The position numbers were made by a program, and so were the translations under genes. A stretch of DNA of 64,000 nucleotides from Klebsormidium nitens (lineage: Eukaryota; Plantae; Klebsormidiophyceae), in assembly GCA_000708835.1 (NCBI GenBank), contig DF236953.1, forward strand, positions 110,990 to 174,989. The letters are read 5' to 3'. Numbering within the stretch: the first letter of the stretch is position 1; the number at the start of each line of letters is the position of its first letter. The notes beneath the pieces are model-generated. The model was not told the origin of the DNA, did no database searches, and saw only the letters and a program-made list of their open reading frames with translations. This document shows, piece after piece, positions 36,201 through 48,943 of the stretch.

Positions 36201-39200
36201 CAGTCATCCACTTGGATCATCTCCCTTGATCGGAAAAATACAACGTACGCACCTGAAGTTGCGCGCGAAAATTGTCGCGACTGCGCGGTCGCTCAAGAAG
36301 GGCGACGAGAGGTGGAAGCGCTCCAGCCGCGCGCCGAGCGCGCGCACTTGCTTGAGCAGGGCGAGGAGGGTCGCCGCGGCCGCGTCGCGGTGGGCCGCGG
36401 ACGGCGCGCCAAACCCTGGCGGAGGGATTAGATCGAGCGCGAGCTCGCGCATTTGGGGGCAGTCCATTTCCTGAAAACGAAGGCAACAGGCAAGGGCGTC
36501 AAACGGGGAAAGCTTGAAGACAGGAGCGGAATCGCCTCAGAGGTGTGTTGTGGTTACGAAGCGTGCAAAGATTGCGGTGTTCACTAAAGCGGAAAGGGCG
36601 CAATGGAAGGTCAGTGATGTTCATGCGGCGACGACACGTTCGCTGAACGTACCCGCGGAAACCAGAAGCCTAGCTTAATGAAGGGCTCAGCTGAATGTCT
36701 ACAAGATAGAGCTGGCGGATAGACAAGGAGCCAAATCGAGGAGCTACAAGATACACTGGCAACAATCGTGTGACCTTACAGGCGTGTGATTCAAGATAGG
36801 CGCCCGGGAGACGGGTGGGGTTGGTCATGCGATTAGGGTGGGTCGGGGTGCGGATCGCTTACCTGCTTCGGGTTAGGTTTTTGCATGTATGTGCCCGGGT
36901 AGCCCGAATGTCAAATCAAACGAAAATGCCGATGTCTAAAAGATGAAGCTAACTTAGTGGGAAAAAATTGAGCCATTTTCAGTAGCTTACCAGAAACAAG
37001 AGGCGGTCGCAGCCCGTAAGCCAGAGCGTGGTCAGCGTCTGGCTGGAGACCTTGACGCGGCTCACGCACCGGCAGCCGTCTAGCTTCAGAACACGGAGAA
37101 ACTGGCACCGGGCGAGGAGAAGGCCGATCGCAGCTCTGCACAAACGACGGGCCGAAGCACTCGTTTCAAACTACCGGACCTGCACTGAACCTTTCGATTC
37201 TTGACCATGGATTGGTTATGAGCTGGCTATGGGCTGGTAGAACCTTGGCAAATCGTCCAGTAAACGGACTTGAGCGGTAACCAGCCTTGGGACAAGGCTT
37301 AATCTCGGCTGTCTGTCCAAGGATTTGTGAAGCAGGTCTAGTAACCAGACTGGATAGCAACCAAAACTTCCTGTGCTGACACGAACGCAATCGTACGTCT
37401 TTGAGGCGCTTCAATGCGCTTGGGTGAGTTTTGGAAGAAGGATTTTTGGGCAACTTGTTGAAAGAGGGGTGGTTCTTGCAAGGAGTGAGCTTCGCGTGTG
37501 GATCTTGGATTGATTTTCGAACCTGAAAGATCGTTGCGCAATGTTCTGTCGCTCTTGGTGTTCGAGTGAGGAAAACACAACTGGATAGTCTCTGGATTCG
37601 GGAGACCGAGTTCTGATCGTTGAAACCCAGGCCGATCACTGTCGAGCGCTTCAAACATTGGCATCGCAAGGTCCAACCACGTTCCGAAGGATTTTTTCCA
37701 AAGATCAGCAACAAGGCCTTTTCTGAAGCTTCAAGCTGAAAGGATAGTGATTGCATCCGACGAAGCGAGCCGTAAATCCGTAGAGTGCTTTCCTTCAGAG
37801 ATGTTCGAGAAAAAGTTGCACAAAGTGACCATTCGAAATAACTAGTCGCGAGAAACGCTGAACACAAAACCGGGTCAAAAGAACTCACCCCGAAATTACA
37901 TTCACTCCGTTGTTCGCAACACGAATCTCAAGGTCGGTCAGCTCGGGGCGGCACGTGGCAATTGCTGAGAGTACCGCGTCTTCGATGCGGCTGCAAACAA
38001 ATGCTCAAAGCGTCAAACGCTTGCAGCATAGTAAGAGAGCACAGGAGCGTGGACCAAGAAGACTGATGAGATGGTGAGTCCGACCGACTGACAAAGTTGT
38101 GCCACGTGGCAGCGCCGGGTGAGTCGCAAAAGGTGAGAGCGTTACATCAGCGTAAGTGGGGAACATAAAACCTTAGGTAGAAAGGTGGCAGCGGAAAAGC
38201 ATTGTACGTCGAGAGGAAAAGAGGGTTGACAATCTCGCAGGCGGCACAAGCGAGGCTTGCTTTCTTACTTGGCGGATCTTGTTTGAGGGGTGCCAGTGTA
38301 TGTTCGTAGCTCGACAAAGACGTAGTCATACATGACCGGGCCAATTCCTACGCGCCGGGTTGCGCTCAGTTCCAATTGAAATGATGCCTAAGCAACAGCG
38401 CCTTTTGTAATGCGTCCACCTCCAGAATCTACCCCCTCAGAGTGAAACTCTCTAGCCGAAAACAGCCGCAGCTCTAAAGGAGTCACGGAAACCTCACCCC
38501 GTCACTGTGAGAACCAGCCGCCTCAGCCCGACGCACTTCTGCAGGACCTCGGTCACGTGCCTGGACGCTCCCAGGGCGGCGCTAACCTGACCGGGTTTCG
38601 GTGACCCGTTATTCAACACCAGGTCTGCGCGCTCTACTAGTGGCCAGATTGCGTCGCTGCAGGAGTGCCAGCGGCGGCTAACTAGGGCGGAGAGGGCGAG
38701 GGTGCACGGGGGGAGCTTTGCCAGGATTCGGAGGAGGCAGGATTCGGGGAGGGAGTGGATGCCGGAGCGCCGTGAGGGGTGGCTGCAGAAGTAAGAGGGA
38801 GGTTTGGATTGAAACACGGGGACAAAGTGCTCGAAAACAATGGAAGAAGTTGACAAAATCTCTGTCCTTCCAGAAGTATGCACCAAAAAGGTGGAGAAGG
38901 GCCGTCCGCTACGATTCTTGCACAAGACGGGGAAGACGTGCTGAAGCCGAGTGATTGGTTCCAGCATAACATGCCAGTCCCGGAAGGCAGTTGAAGGTCC
39001 ATGCGATAACGAACAGCCATGCAAGAAGTAAGTCAAAAGAATGGCTGTCGACTGCACAGCATGATGGAGGGAAGTGGCGTTGCTGATGATGTCAATCCGC
39101 GAAAAGGATTCTATAGAGACGCCGACCTCGTCCAGAGAGAGAGTTTCCTTAAACAGGAACCGTACTTCCAGGCCAGTCTGCGATCTCTCCGGCACTTTAT

Positions 39201-40568
39201 ATCCAGTTAGGTCTTGCAGAAGTGTGGCCAGAAAGTCGACTGATACTGCTGAAGGTTTGGCAGTTTGATATGGAACTATAACAGGGGGAGCTCTGCTCAG
39301 TGGTCACTTCGCACAAATTGCAGCACGCTTGGCGTAGCTCTCCGCAACCTGCATCTCAATAAGAATGAGAAACGGCATTGGGAAAACCGACAACGTCCAG
39401 AAATGTCCTTTACAGTCCAACAGGAGTCACTATGGAAACGTGAACGAGTATCGAGGCCGTACCTTGCAAGATGAGTCTGCACGCCGCAATCACGTGCGCC
39501 CTGCCCTGGCCTCCTGAAACCCTCCTTTGAGGAGCTCGAAGATGCCGGCAAAGCGGGCCGCTGCGGAGACCCCGCATCTCGGAGTCTCACCATCCTAGTT
39601 CCTGGAGCAGAGCCTTGGAAGAGCTGCCTCGATATGCTGCGGCCCCCAGCCAATAGCATGCCCGCTGGCCTAGCCTGAGTCTGAGTCCCTGCACCGGGAG
39701 TCTGATGAAGTGGGGTTGTAGTCTCCGCCTGGTGATTGAGACTGGTGGGATGCTGATGAGGATTGGTTGGGAATGGTTTTTCTACTGGGGGGGTGGCGTG
39801 CCTCTCTGGTCTAGGGGGATGGTGTCGGGGGGTGTCTGCGGCTTTGCAACTTGGGGGATTGGAGCTATTCCATGGCTGACTGAAGCCTTGTTCGAGCAGC
39901 GGGGTTGACGGGAGGGATGGAGCAGTCGCTTGCTCTGTTGCTCTGTCACTGTCTCTTACTCTTCCCTGACACGCATGGCCCTTCTTTGGCTGGCCGCAGA
40001 TACCGCACTTGTACCCCTTCCTCCTGCCCTGGGGTTCGGCTTCTGCTTCCTGGATCGGCACAACTGGGTTCAGATGAGGGGTCTGGGGGGGCTGAGAAGC
40101 TCCGCTTTGGCGGTCTCCCAGGACACCCCAGCCAGGGCCAGCCGGGTGTTCTCTAATGCCATGCTGTTCCGCCTCTAGTTGCTCGTATCCATCATCTTCA
40201 AACCGTCGCCACTCGCTTCTCGACTCGTCATACCCTTCCTGAGCATAGCTGGCGTGTAAGCCCCGGCGCTCCGGCTCGTCAGGAGTGGGGATTACGTCAT
40301 CGCTGATGTCAAATTTGGCAAACTGGCTCTCCTGGCTTGCGAACGGGTTGGATGCTGCTGGTGCTAGATTCGCGTGGATCTCAGGCTGCTGTTCTCTCCA
40401 TTCTAGTGACTCTGGTTGCATGAGTGATTGCTGATGAAGGAGTGGAGGTTCAGACGGGCCGCCTGCCAAAGGTCTGTCCAAGAAGGGACTCTCTGAAGGG
40501 TAGTCCAGATGACGTGGTGCCTCGTTTTCCGAGAAGTGGATGGCAGCATGCTCCTCATGGTCATCCAT
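33221..40568 (-). CDS. FBL17: F-box/LRR-repeat protein 17 orthologue (SCF substrate receptor, cell-cycle regulator in land plants)
   Basis: First exon from 40568 carries GYKCGICGQPKKGHAC, the FBL17-type N-terminal Cys/His motif. The F-box exon 38782-38498 encodes LPESCLLRILAKLPP...VSRRW...VLQKCVGL. LRR exons lie at 37990-37889, ~37135-36990 (LKLDGC...TLTTLWL), ~36470-36255, ~35772-35668 (IELLDLSG), ~35175-35065 and 34695-33776 (LDCG...LSKLSLWGC...LECPALAELNLTSC). The final exon 33370-33221 has KRQADGSKRVQ. Motif order matches Arabidopsis FBL17 as I recall it; the exon 1-to-F-box junction is unresolved. Confidence 0.85.
36800..36882 (+). repeat. Short dispersed G-rich/telomere-like intronic element, copy C
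   Basis: GAGACGGGTGGGGTTGGTCATGCGATTAGGGTGGGTCGGGGTGCGGA...GGGTTAGGTTTTT, in an FBL17 intron. Confidence 0.6.
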
Positions 40569-42618
40569 GCCAGCAAGAAGGGTTCAGCCTGCAAGGAGGA
40601 GATTTGGATTGAGAGTCATCCATAGCACATCTTCAGGAGGTTGCTTCCTTGCTGAGAGAAGAAGAGGATGGGAGCTCTCCTTCTCTGCTTCATGTGGATC
40701 CAAAAGCATGCCTGCGGAATAACGTAGCTCCACATGGTGCTGCTTCACGATCTGCTTAATTAAAACAACCAACGTGGTGGGATCAACGATGTTAAACAAG
40801 TTAGACGGGAAAGGTTTGTTGAGCGATGCAGCGTATCAATTCTCAAAGTCCCTGCATCATTCCAAGCTGATTATTGCATCCACTCAAGTCATGATTAGAT
40901 GCACATTTCAACAGGCACGGATGGCTCCACCATAACCGGAAAGTGAGCAGTCTACCATGGCACATTAAGGGCCGGGAAATATGAATGACTTGCAGCGTGA
41001 GGAGCCTCAGGAACCAATTGGCTAAGGTTCACAGCTTAAGAACTTCTGTATGAGCATGGTCACCTCTTAGTCAGCTATGCAGATGGCAAAGGACCCCTCT
41101 TTGCAGACATTTCCTTGAGCACGAGTTGTGTACAAAGTGACCATCTTTGCCATAGGTTTACTGAGCCAGGTGACAACAGTTCCTTTCTCGCCATCTATAC
41201 ATGTCCCAAGTCTCTATGGATCCCTCGAAACAACTCAGTCATCTGCCTGCCTCAGGCAGCTTCTGAAAAGTCGCAAACAGTCGTTGCCAGCCTGCACGTC
41301 GTCCCTGTTTTTGTCTTTAATGTAAGGGTTTAGTATGTTTCCATAGAAGAGTGCATTCTGTGACTACCTTCAGTGCTAACTTACCTCCAGTTCTGTCGAC
41401 TGCAGTGACACAAACGCTCAAGCAGGTCTCCGTCGTTTTGGGATAGGGGCTGGCTCGCCCGCAGTTGCTTGGATCAATCTGGATTCTAGCTTCATCAAAG
41501 CTGATTTAGGCACAAGCAACGGATGAGATCCTGATTGAATCCTCTGCCTTAGACTGTTGTGACGCTGCGGGTGGACAGAAGTCGATTAGCGTCCCCAAAG
41601 CAGAGTCACTGCAAAGTTTCCGCGTCGCCTGGTGGAGGTGAACAAGAAAGACGACGCAGCGCGCGCTAAGAGAATGCAGCACGAAGTTGAAGCGACACTT
41701 CGCAGCTCACAATGCAGGCTCTCGCTCGAGTTTCGAAGACAGCTATGTAAGCTCTAGTGCCAACCTAGACTCACCCCAGTAGAGCCAAAACCCGACTCCC
41801 GGCAAGTCAAAGCTTCTGGCGCGAAGACCAGCCAATCAGAGCGCGTCTCCGTGCAACAGGTGGCTTCTAAGTGTGCCGTCCGATGATGGTTGAGCGAGCG
41901 CTGGAATGGATGGAAGCCGTCGATTTGCGTTGAGCCGATCGGGCTCCATGCGTGACCCTTCGTGGTTTGCAGCCAGGTTATTGCGATCGTCGCGAAAACC
42001 GCGATACCGAGATAGGTACTTACGCTGTCACAGAAGCGCCTCTAGAGGAAGTGGCATGTTCGATAAACCTGGCGCTTCCGGAGAACCGCCACGGCAGCCT
42101 TGCCGCCCGAAGCTAACCTAAGAACGTTGGTTTTCCTCAACCCTGTTAGCCCTCCAACCGCATGAGTCAGAGCTGAGCCAAATTCAATAGGTATGCATTT
42201 GTGGGACAATTCTGAGAGGGAGCGCCACATACCGTATGAAAAGGAGGCCAGTACATGCATCAGAAGCGCTCCGCTCCATTTCAATTTGGATTCAGGACGA
42301 GGGAACTGCAGCTCCACAAGCTAGCTGTGGTTAAAAGGAGAAGGATGCTGATGTCACGAGCTCAGAATCCTTCAGCACATTCCATTACTTGCTTACACAA
42401 GAAGTCCTTGTTGATGGATGTGCAAGTTGAGCGGAAATCCTCCAGCAAACATAATGAGAATCGCACAAGCAGTCAAGGACATAAGCTAACCCAATGCCAT
42501 GCGCGTTGAGAGAAATTGAGCGAGCGTGTCATTCTGTGCTGGGCACATTGTTGCATTCCTTTTTGGAGGTAGAATTGTTGAACAAAGAAGCTTAAGAGAG
42601 CCCTCCAAGCGCAGTCTG

Positions 42619-45600
42619 ATGGCCGATTCGGCACTGCTGGGGTCAAGATCTGTATCCATATTGGCGAGGTTTAATGACTACGATGAGGTGGAGCAGTGGG
42701 TGGTAGTTTTGCTATATGTACAGGTATGAACGCTTGGCTCCAATTGGTCGAGGAAGCTCAACTGTTCTGATTTCTTTGAAATGTTATGCCTTTCTGGTCG
42801 CACAATGTTGTGAATGGCCAATATTTGGAGCGTGGAATGTGAAGCACACTCATTGGAACATTCACCCATGCTCTCAACAGCAATTCAAAATTCTCTGAAG
42901 CCCATTGGCTAGCTCCTAGCATCTGGAGGACAATTATCATGGCATATCGGTTCAACGAGACAGTCTACTTGGGTAAGGAAAACGCATCAGGAGGTTTCGT
43001 TAATAATAGTCACTTTAGGCTCTCCTACCAGAGTCGCCTACTGTCCAAGTATCAATAGACCATACAGCCTCAGAAGACAGATTGAGCTTATTCAGAGGCT
43101 TCAAAGAATGTTGTTTTCCTTGTCAGCAGCTTATGTTCAACAGGATTGATCAGTGTTGATCAATGAGCCTCTCTTCAATGAAGTAGGCTGAATGAGGCTC
43201 CTCGAGTTTTCCAGGGGCCAGCATAGCAGACCAAGCCAAGAAAGGGCACTCTGGGTGTCGGCCTATGCCTACATTTCTGGTAGTAGTGCAGATAACTTGT
43301 TGCATGACAGTCCGCCCGCTTGCAAGCCTCTTGCTTCTGCGCGAGGTTTGAGTGATTACGTCCTGAGGCAAGTGGTTCCAAAGCGAAGGGGGGAGACATC
43401 GGTGTTTGGTATTTCTGTGTGCCAGATTCTATCAGCCCAAATGACATCTATGTTGACATCTCCTTCATGCACTTTCCGCTGGTGTGTGTTTCTTGGCTCC
43501 GCTTGCAGGACTTCTACTGCAGCTTCTTGAGCTTGCATATGCTTCTGATGCTCAGCATCTGATGTTGGTCTATGACCAGATCTCAACACTAGTTCCAGAC
43601 TGATCTTGGGATGACCCAAATCGCCATGAAGGTGCCACCTTTCACCTGTGGTCAAGCTGACCGTTCCAACTCCGCGCAAAAATACTTTGCAAGAATACTT
43701 TGCAAGACTGCAAAGACGCACAAAAGTCCACAAATCTTCTGGACTTGTTTGGCCCGTTATTTAGAATTGCCATCAACTATTCATGATTGCGTGTCCCCAA
43801 GCTTTCGTCTTGCTGAATCTGCTCATTCATCGATCACTGTGGCACTGTTGCTTGTCTGAGGCCTTTAACTTTACCAGCCGTACGCACACCTGCTGTCAAG
43901 TACCCTTTTGATCTCAGAATGTGTAATGAAAGCAAAACCTTGTCCTCCTCAATGTGACAGGCTGGGTGCGCAATGGTGGGGTCCTTGGGTTTCGAATACT
44001 TGGGAATCCACAGCACCAACCTAGTTCTGGCCCTGTTCGCACTTGTGGCGATCGAGAGCAGCAGCCAGCGGCTAGGACGATCGTATGTGGGATTCCTGGG
44101 ACTGATGCTTCTTCTGGACGTGGTATGGCTGGCCATTCTCGGGCCGGAACTCTGGTGAGATGCCTTCAATCTGAGCGAAAATTCGAATTTTTGCAAGGCG
44201 GTCGGCTATTGTGTCTGACGCTTGCAGGTTTAACAGTATTCTGGAGTCAAGCAAGGCCTTCCTGTTCCAGAGCGCTTCTTGATTATCTGCAGTCCAACGT
44301 GTTTCAGGCCCAACAAGAGCTCAACCCCGGAATGTGGATCATGCGTCTCATCACCATCGATTGCTTGATCGGGACATCCCCCAAGTCGAAACGAGCTTCA
44401 GAGGATTTGGTCGGAACCTTCACAGAGATTGTCATTTGTACTCACTCGACCTGCACGAAGAGATGCTTCCGTTGCTTTTCGCTGAACTATTCTTCGCAAA
44501 TTCATACTGGTGAACCACAGGAACGCGGATATGGGCGAGCTTGGGTGGCGCAAGGGCTGGTCGTTACGGGTCACGCTCGCGATGGAGGCCCTGGGGTTCC
44601 TTGTCCGGCTGGGCTCGGTGGTGCTGTGGGTCAAGATGTACCGGTTAGGGGTGTCGGAAGCAGACAACGGGTGAGGATCGTCACGAGGTCTCGCTAATCA
44701 GAACTTTTTCGCAGTTACGAAGGTGCCAGACTGTGGAACTGCATTCACTGTCTTTCTCTGTGAACCCGTGAACCCGAACGCTGTGTTGGGCTCCCTGTTG
44801 CCCTAGCGGCCGCTCAATCGCTTGCAAAAAGACATTAGGAATTTTAGTTCTCGTATTGCGGCTGGCAAAGAAACAAGAAAATAAGATAGTAGTTTCGAAG
44901 GCCAGCTGATCTGAGGATCACTTTACTCGACTGGTATATCAAATAACGGCACTATTTCGTTTCAACGCTTGGACCAGGTCAAAATGATGAACTGGTCCAC
45001 AAATCTATTGACCTCGCATTGAAGCTGCCGAGATGGAGATACTGATCCGAAAGAAGCAAACCTTAAGTCCACGGTCGCAACATTCTTTGAGCGACTTTAC
45101 CCTGGGACCCCGGTCGCAAGTCATCTATACGGAGCCCTGCCAAGCCTTACAAACCCTGAAACCCACGAGATTAAGTTTTAAGAATTTGGCGGGGGACTGC
45201 GAAAGCCCTGCAGACGTCTCTTATTGCGACAATCTTCAAACCGTCGACTCATCCGAAGACATGAGAAAGAAAGCTAAACGCTCGATTGCAGCAGGTACCA
45301 TCCCTTCGACTTCGACAGCAGAATGAAAGGCATGCCATGTTCCCGTAAAGCTTGACGCTGAGTTCTGCCATTGCCCAAGACTATACCATGAAATCCAGGG
45401 GACCAAAAATGTAGAAAGTGGTGATTAACCTTACTGAGTCTCCGGAAACTTTGATTGGCGGCAAGTACCACCCCGTCGCCTTCGACGGCCGGTTAGAGGG
45501 CGTTCCGATCACGTGTGGCTCTGCGCCGATTGTGCCATCGCCTTACTGTATCCTCTGATATCCACAGGTCAACACAATCAGAAAGTCGTGACAAAGAAAA

Positions 45601-46932
45601 GTTGGTATCCGCGGATGTGTCTGCTTACGGCAGGTACCACCCCGTCGACTTCGATAGCCGGATAGAGGGCGTGCCGCGCTTGCGTGTTGCTCTACGCTCA
45701 GTCTGCCATCCACAAACAGTACATCCTGAACTCCAATAAACTAAGATGTGTGGAACGATTTTTAGAAAGCTTATTAGGGTCTGCGGAAACCTTCGATTGC
45801 GGCAGGTACCACCTTGCCGGTCGCGTGTTGCTTTAATGCTAAATTCTGCCATTGCTTTACAGTCCCCCATAATATTCACATGATTTACACCCGTAAAATA
45901 CAATGACAAATGTCACTCCAGAAATCAAAAATTCCAATCCATTGGAAGAATTCAACGGAGTAAAGTTTTGCGGATTCTTCTGGTTCTACCACCCGGTCGA
46001 CTTCGACAGCCAGATAGAGGGTCTTGCTTTATGCTGGTTTCTGCCATCGCTTTACAGCACAACTTGACATTCGCAGGATCAAAGCGTTAAAACGGTGACA
46101 AAGAAAGCTGATATTCTGCGGATGTGTCTCATTGCGGCAGGTAACACCCCGTCGACTTCGACAGCCGGATAGAGGGCGTGCCGGTCGCGTGTGTTCTACG
46201 CTCAGTTCTGCGGTCGCCTAACAGTACACCCTGAACTCTAGTGAATCAACATTCTGGAAACCGTTCAAGAAGCTTATTAGATTCTGCGGAAACTTTTCAT
46301 TGCGGCAGGTACCACCCCGCCGGTCGCGTGTTGCTTAATGCTGACTTATGCCATTGCCTTACAGCACCCCCTAATATTCACATGATCAACAACCGTAAAA
46401 TCTAGTGACAGAAAAAATCACTCCAGAAATTACATTCCACTCCATTGGAAGAACTTAACGAACTAGATTCATGCAAATGCTTCTGGTTGTGGTAGGTACC
46501 ATCCCGTCGACTTCGACAGCCGGATAGAAGCGTCCCGGTCCCGTGTGGCTTTACGCAGTCCTGCCATCGCCTGAGAGTATACCTAGAAAATCCACTAGAT
46601 TTACGTTCGGAAAGAAAATTCTAAAGCACGCCAAACAATTGACGAATAATCTGGATTGCCGCAGGTACCATCCCGTCGACTTCGACAGCCGGATAGAAGG
46701 AGGCGTTCCGATCGACGACGGCGCGCTTGCATTACTTGGGAACAACGGCGAGAGCGGGGGCTCCATCTACAACCCGTCCACGTTCTCGGCTGTGTATCCG
46801 AGCCAATACCAAAGTTACTTCGTTCCAGTGAGGTGCTACTCTCTTCCTCCCACCGTTACACAATCGTTCGAGTTCAGAGCTTTGGTTACTTCCCTCCGCC
46901 GGTCTGTGTTCGTTAAGCACGGTGGCCAGTAG
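42619..46932 (+). CDS. Conserved plant-type small multi-pass membrane protein (resembles the Arabidopsis At1g55535/At3g13420 family); 3' end uncertain
   Basis: Exons 42619-42723, 43961-44154, 44521-44670 and 46665 onward splice in phase. Product: ...VVLLYVQAGCAMVGSLG...NLVLALFALVAIESSSQRLGRSY...LLDVVW...LRVTLAMEALGFLVRLGSVVLWVKMYRLG...GYHPVDFDSRIEGG...GGSIYNPSTFS. This matches the recalled family motifs ALFALVAIESxSQxLGRxY, WxQxYRLG and GGSIYDP. Confidence 0.8.
45100..46720 (+). repeat. Intronic tandem array of ~170-bp units, each a copy of the intron 3' end, AG acceptor and first ~40 nt of the downstream exon
   Basis: The core (G)CAG|GTACCA(T/C)CCCGTCGACTTCGACAGCCGGATAGA recurs with exon-like starts at 45295, 45465, 45634, 45806, ~45986, 46141, 46309, 46496 and 46665 (the true exon). 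Spacing is ~155-190 bp. A more degenerate copy lies at ~45100-45290. Confidence 0.92.
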
Positions 46933-48943
46933 CTCCTCCTATTGACGCGCCACGTGTCAGCTTGGAAAGCTGACGCGTGTACGTCAGGTTCGTACTCCGT
47001 CTTTGATAGACTGCCACCTTCGTTTTCATGATAGTGTTCTATTCGCCACTGTGGGCTGGTATTTACGCTTTGACGGGGATGTCTTGAAAGGTCTTCCGAC
47101 AAACACATGGATCCAATGCGGTGGTACGATAATCATTGAGTATCTCACAATCACACCTGAACGAAGAGAGTGTTTGCTCAAAGAAACGTGGCCGGATTCT
47201 TTCTTGGATATTGCATGGATATTGAAGGTTCTCATTACATTCACAGTCTGCCTGACCGCGGAAGAAACATCTGTTCCCTATATGGCAAGCCATTCGCGAT
47301 CGGTAGGCGACTTTACTGACAATCGAAACGCAAACAACGTCAAAGCAAGATAGGGAGCCCGCGAGAGCTGTCTTGCTGTCGCCCAGTCAACTGTTTTCTT
47401 ATCCATACATTCCCTGCTTTGCAGCCTGAGATGCAATCGAGAGAAGCCCAGTCGGAAGCTTCCCTATCATGATAGTCTGATAATGATCGCCTTTGCCAGC
47501 CAAACCCAGTCTAGGAAATGTAATAACACAGTTCGTACTTCGTTAAACAGGTTATAAGGTCGTCTGTGTCTGTGAAGGTCACGTACAGGGAGGGTGCTTT
47601 GCCACAAAGGAAAGTAGTGTACTGAGAAAGTCAGATGCTGACTGCAAGAAAATAGGAGGCACCCATCACTAAGTAGCATTAGCCTTGAAAGAGGCAACGA
47701 AAAGCGATTGGAAGGTCAAGAGCCTACAGAGAGTCGTAAGTACTTAGGCTTCATGAAGCCTGTTGCCACATGCATATCAACTGGCATGCACATGCTACTG
47801 CCTACGGTAATGAAACGCGATCCGGATTACGTACGCACGAATTTCTGTGCCGTCCGCGGAATCTCAGTAAGCCGCGTCTCATATTTCATTTGACGAGGCG
47901 GCAGCGGCACAACGCTTGTGTTTTAATGCTTCGCCAAAACACGTGACGAACACCGTCCAATCAACAAGTAGTTTAATCGCTAAGTATCCGAAGGCGTCAA
48001 CGAAGAGATCACAAATGACTGTGATGCAACTTAGGCCAAAAGGCGCACTCATATTGACATGCAAACGGCCACGAATCACCTGGTGCCAATCGTACCGTCC
48101 AATCATGCGCGGACGGCAATCGTATCCGCTTTTTGCCCTTCACATTTCTCAGTGTACTACGGCCGGTAAAAGCTCTTGCTGAGCTCAACATGATCTGCAT
48201 GAGAGTTTGGTGTCACGTACGTGCAGGCATGTCATTGAATCTTTGATCTTGATCAGCGAGCGTCTTCGGTAGCGTGCGTGCAGTTTGTTGATTTGGAGCG
48301 GAGTCCCTACAGATAAATCGCTGGCAGCTTCCTATATATCTACGCAACTAGATACGTTTCCCCAGGTCCTTACAACTACCCATTATGCGAACCTTGTATG
48401 TCCTTCGACAGGATTGCGTGGAGGGATTAGCTACTATCTTCATTATGGCACTAAATATCCTCCGCTGCGCGAGCTGTTGAAATTGTTGATCCCATTTGAT
48501 GTAAACAAGTAACATCCGCACTTCAGTCTCCTGTGTTCTTGTGAATGGGCCCACGCCAGCTAGTTTATCGGATGCGCCGTGTACGGCGATATTGGCTGCG
48601 CAAAAGAGACGGATGCAATCTTCACTTTCTCCACCAACTAAGAACAAGGGAGATATCTTTCAACGTATAGTTCCTGGGATGTCTATGACGGGTGTAGCCA
48701 AGATGTCCCAAGAGGGGCTATCTTTTACCGTACCTACTCTGATAGATACCTATCACAAGTGCAGGGGACGTAGCACGAACAAAAGGCTATACATCCACTG
48801 GTAACAAACCCCGGAGGCGCCCCAAGCCCCCTTGCCAAACGAAACAAGGCATGCATTGGTGTGGAATGAAGCGAAGTACAGAGATTGCAACCTGAGGAGC
48901 GAGAAACTTCAAACACCTAGAGACAAACGGTTCGACAACCTAC

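Noticed and set aside
41810-41840. E2F-like GGCGCGAAG next to a CCAAT box upstream of FBL17 (an E2F target in Arabidopsis)
   Set aside because: One mismatch to the consensus, and the transcription start is unknown; not supportable from sequence alone.
45260-46720. CRISPR-like appearance: ~37-bp repeats with an internal GTCGA-CT-TCGAC hairpin at regular spacing
   Set aside because: The intervening ~130-bp segments are homologous to each other rather than unique spacers. The repeat is the acceptor and start of a real exon. There are no cas genes and the context is a eukaryotic intron.
47467-48804. Short ORFs in the lower-GC interval between convergent genes, considered as viral or TE remnants
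   Set aside because: No recognisable RT, integrase, transposase or capsid motifs, and the frames are fragmented.
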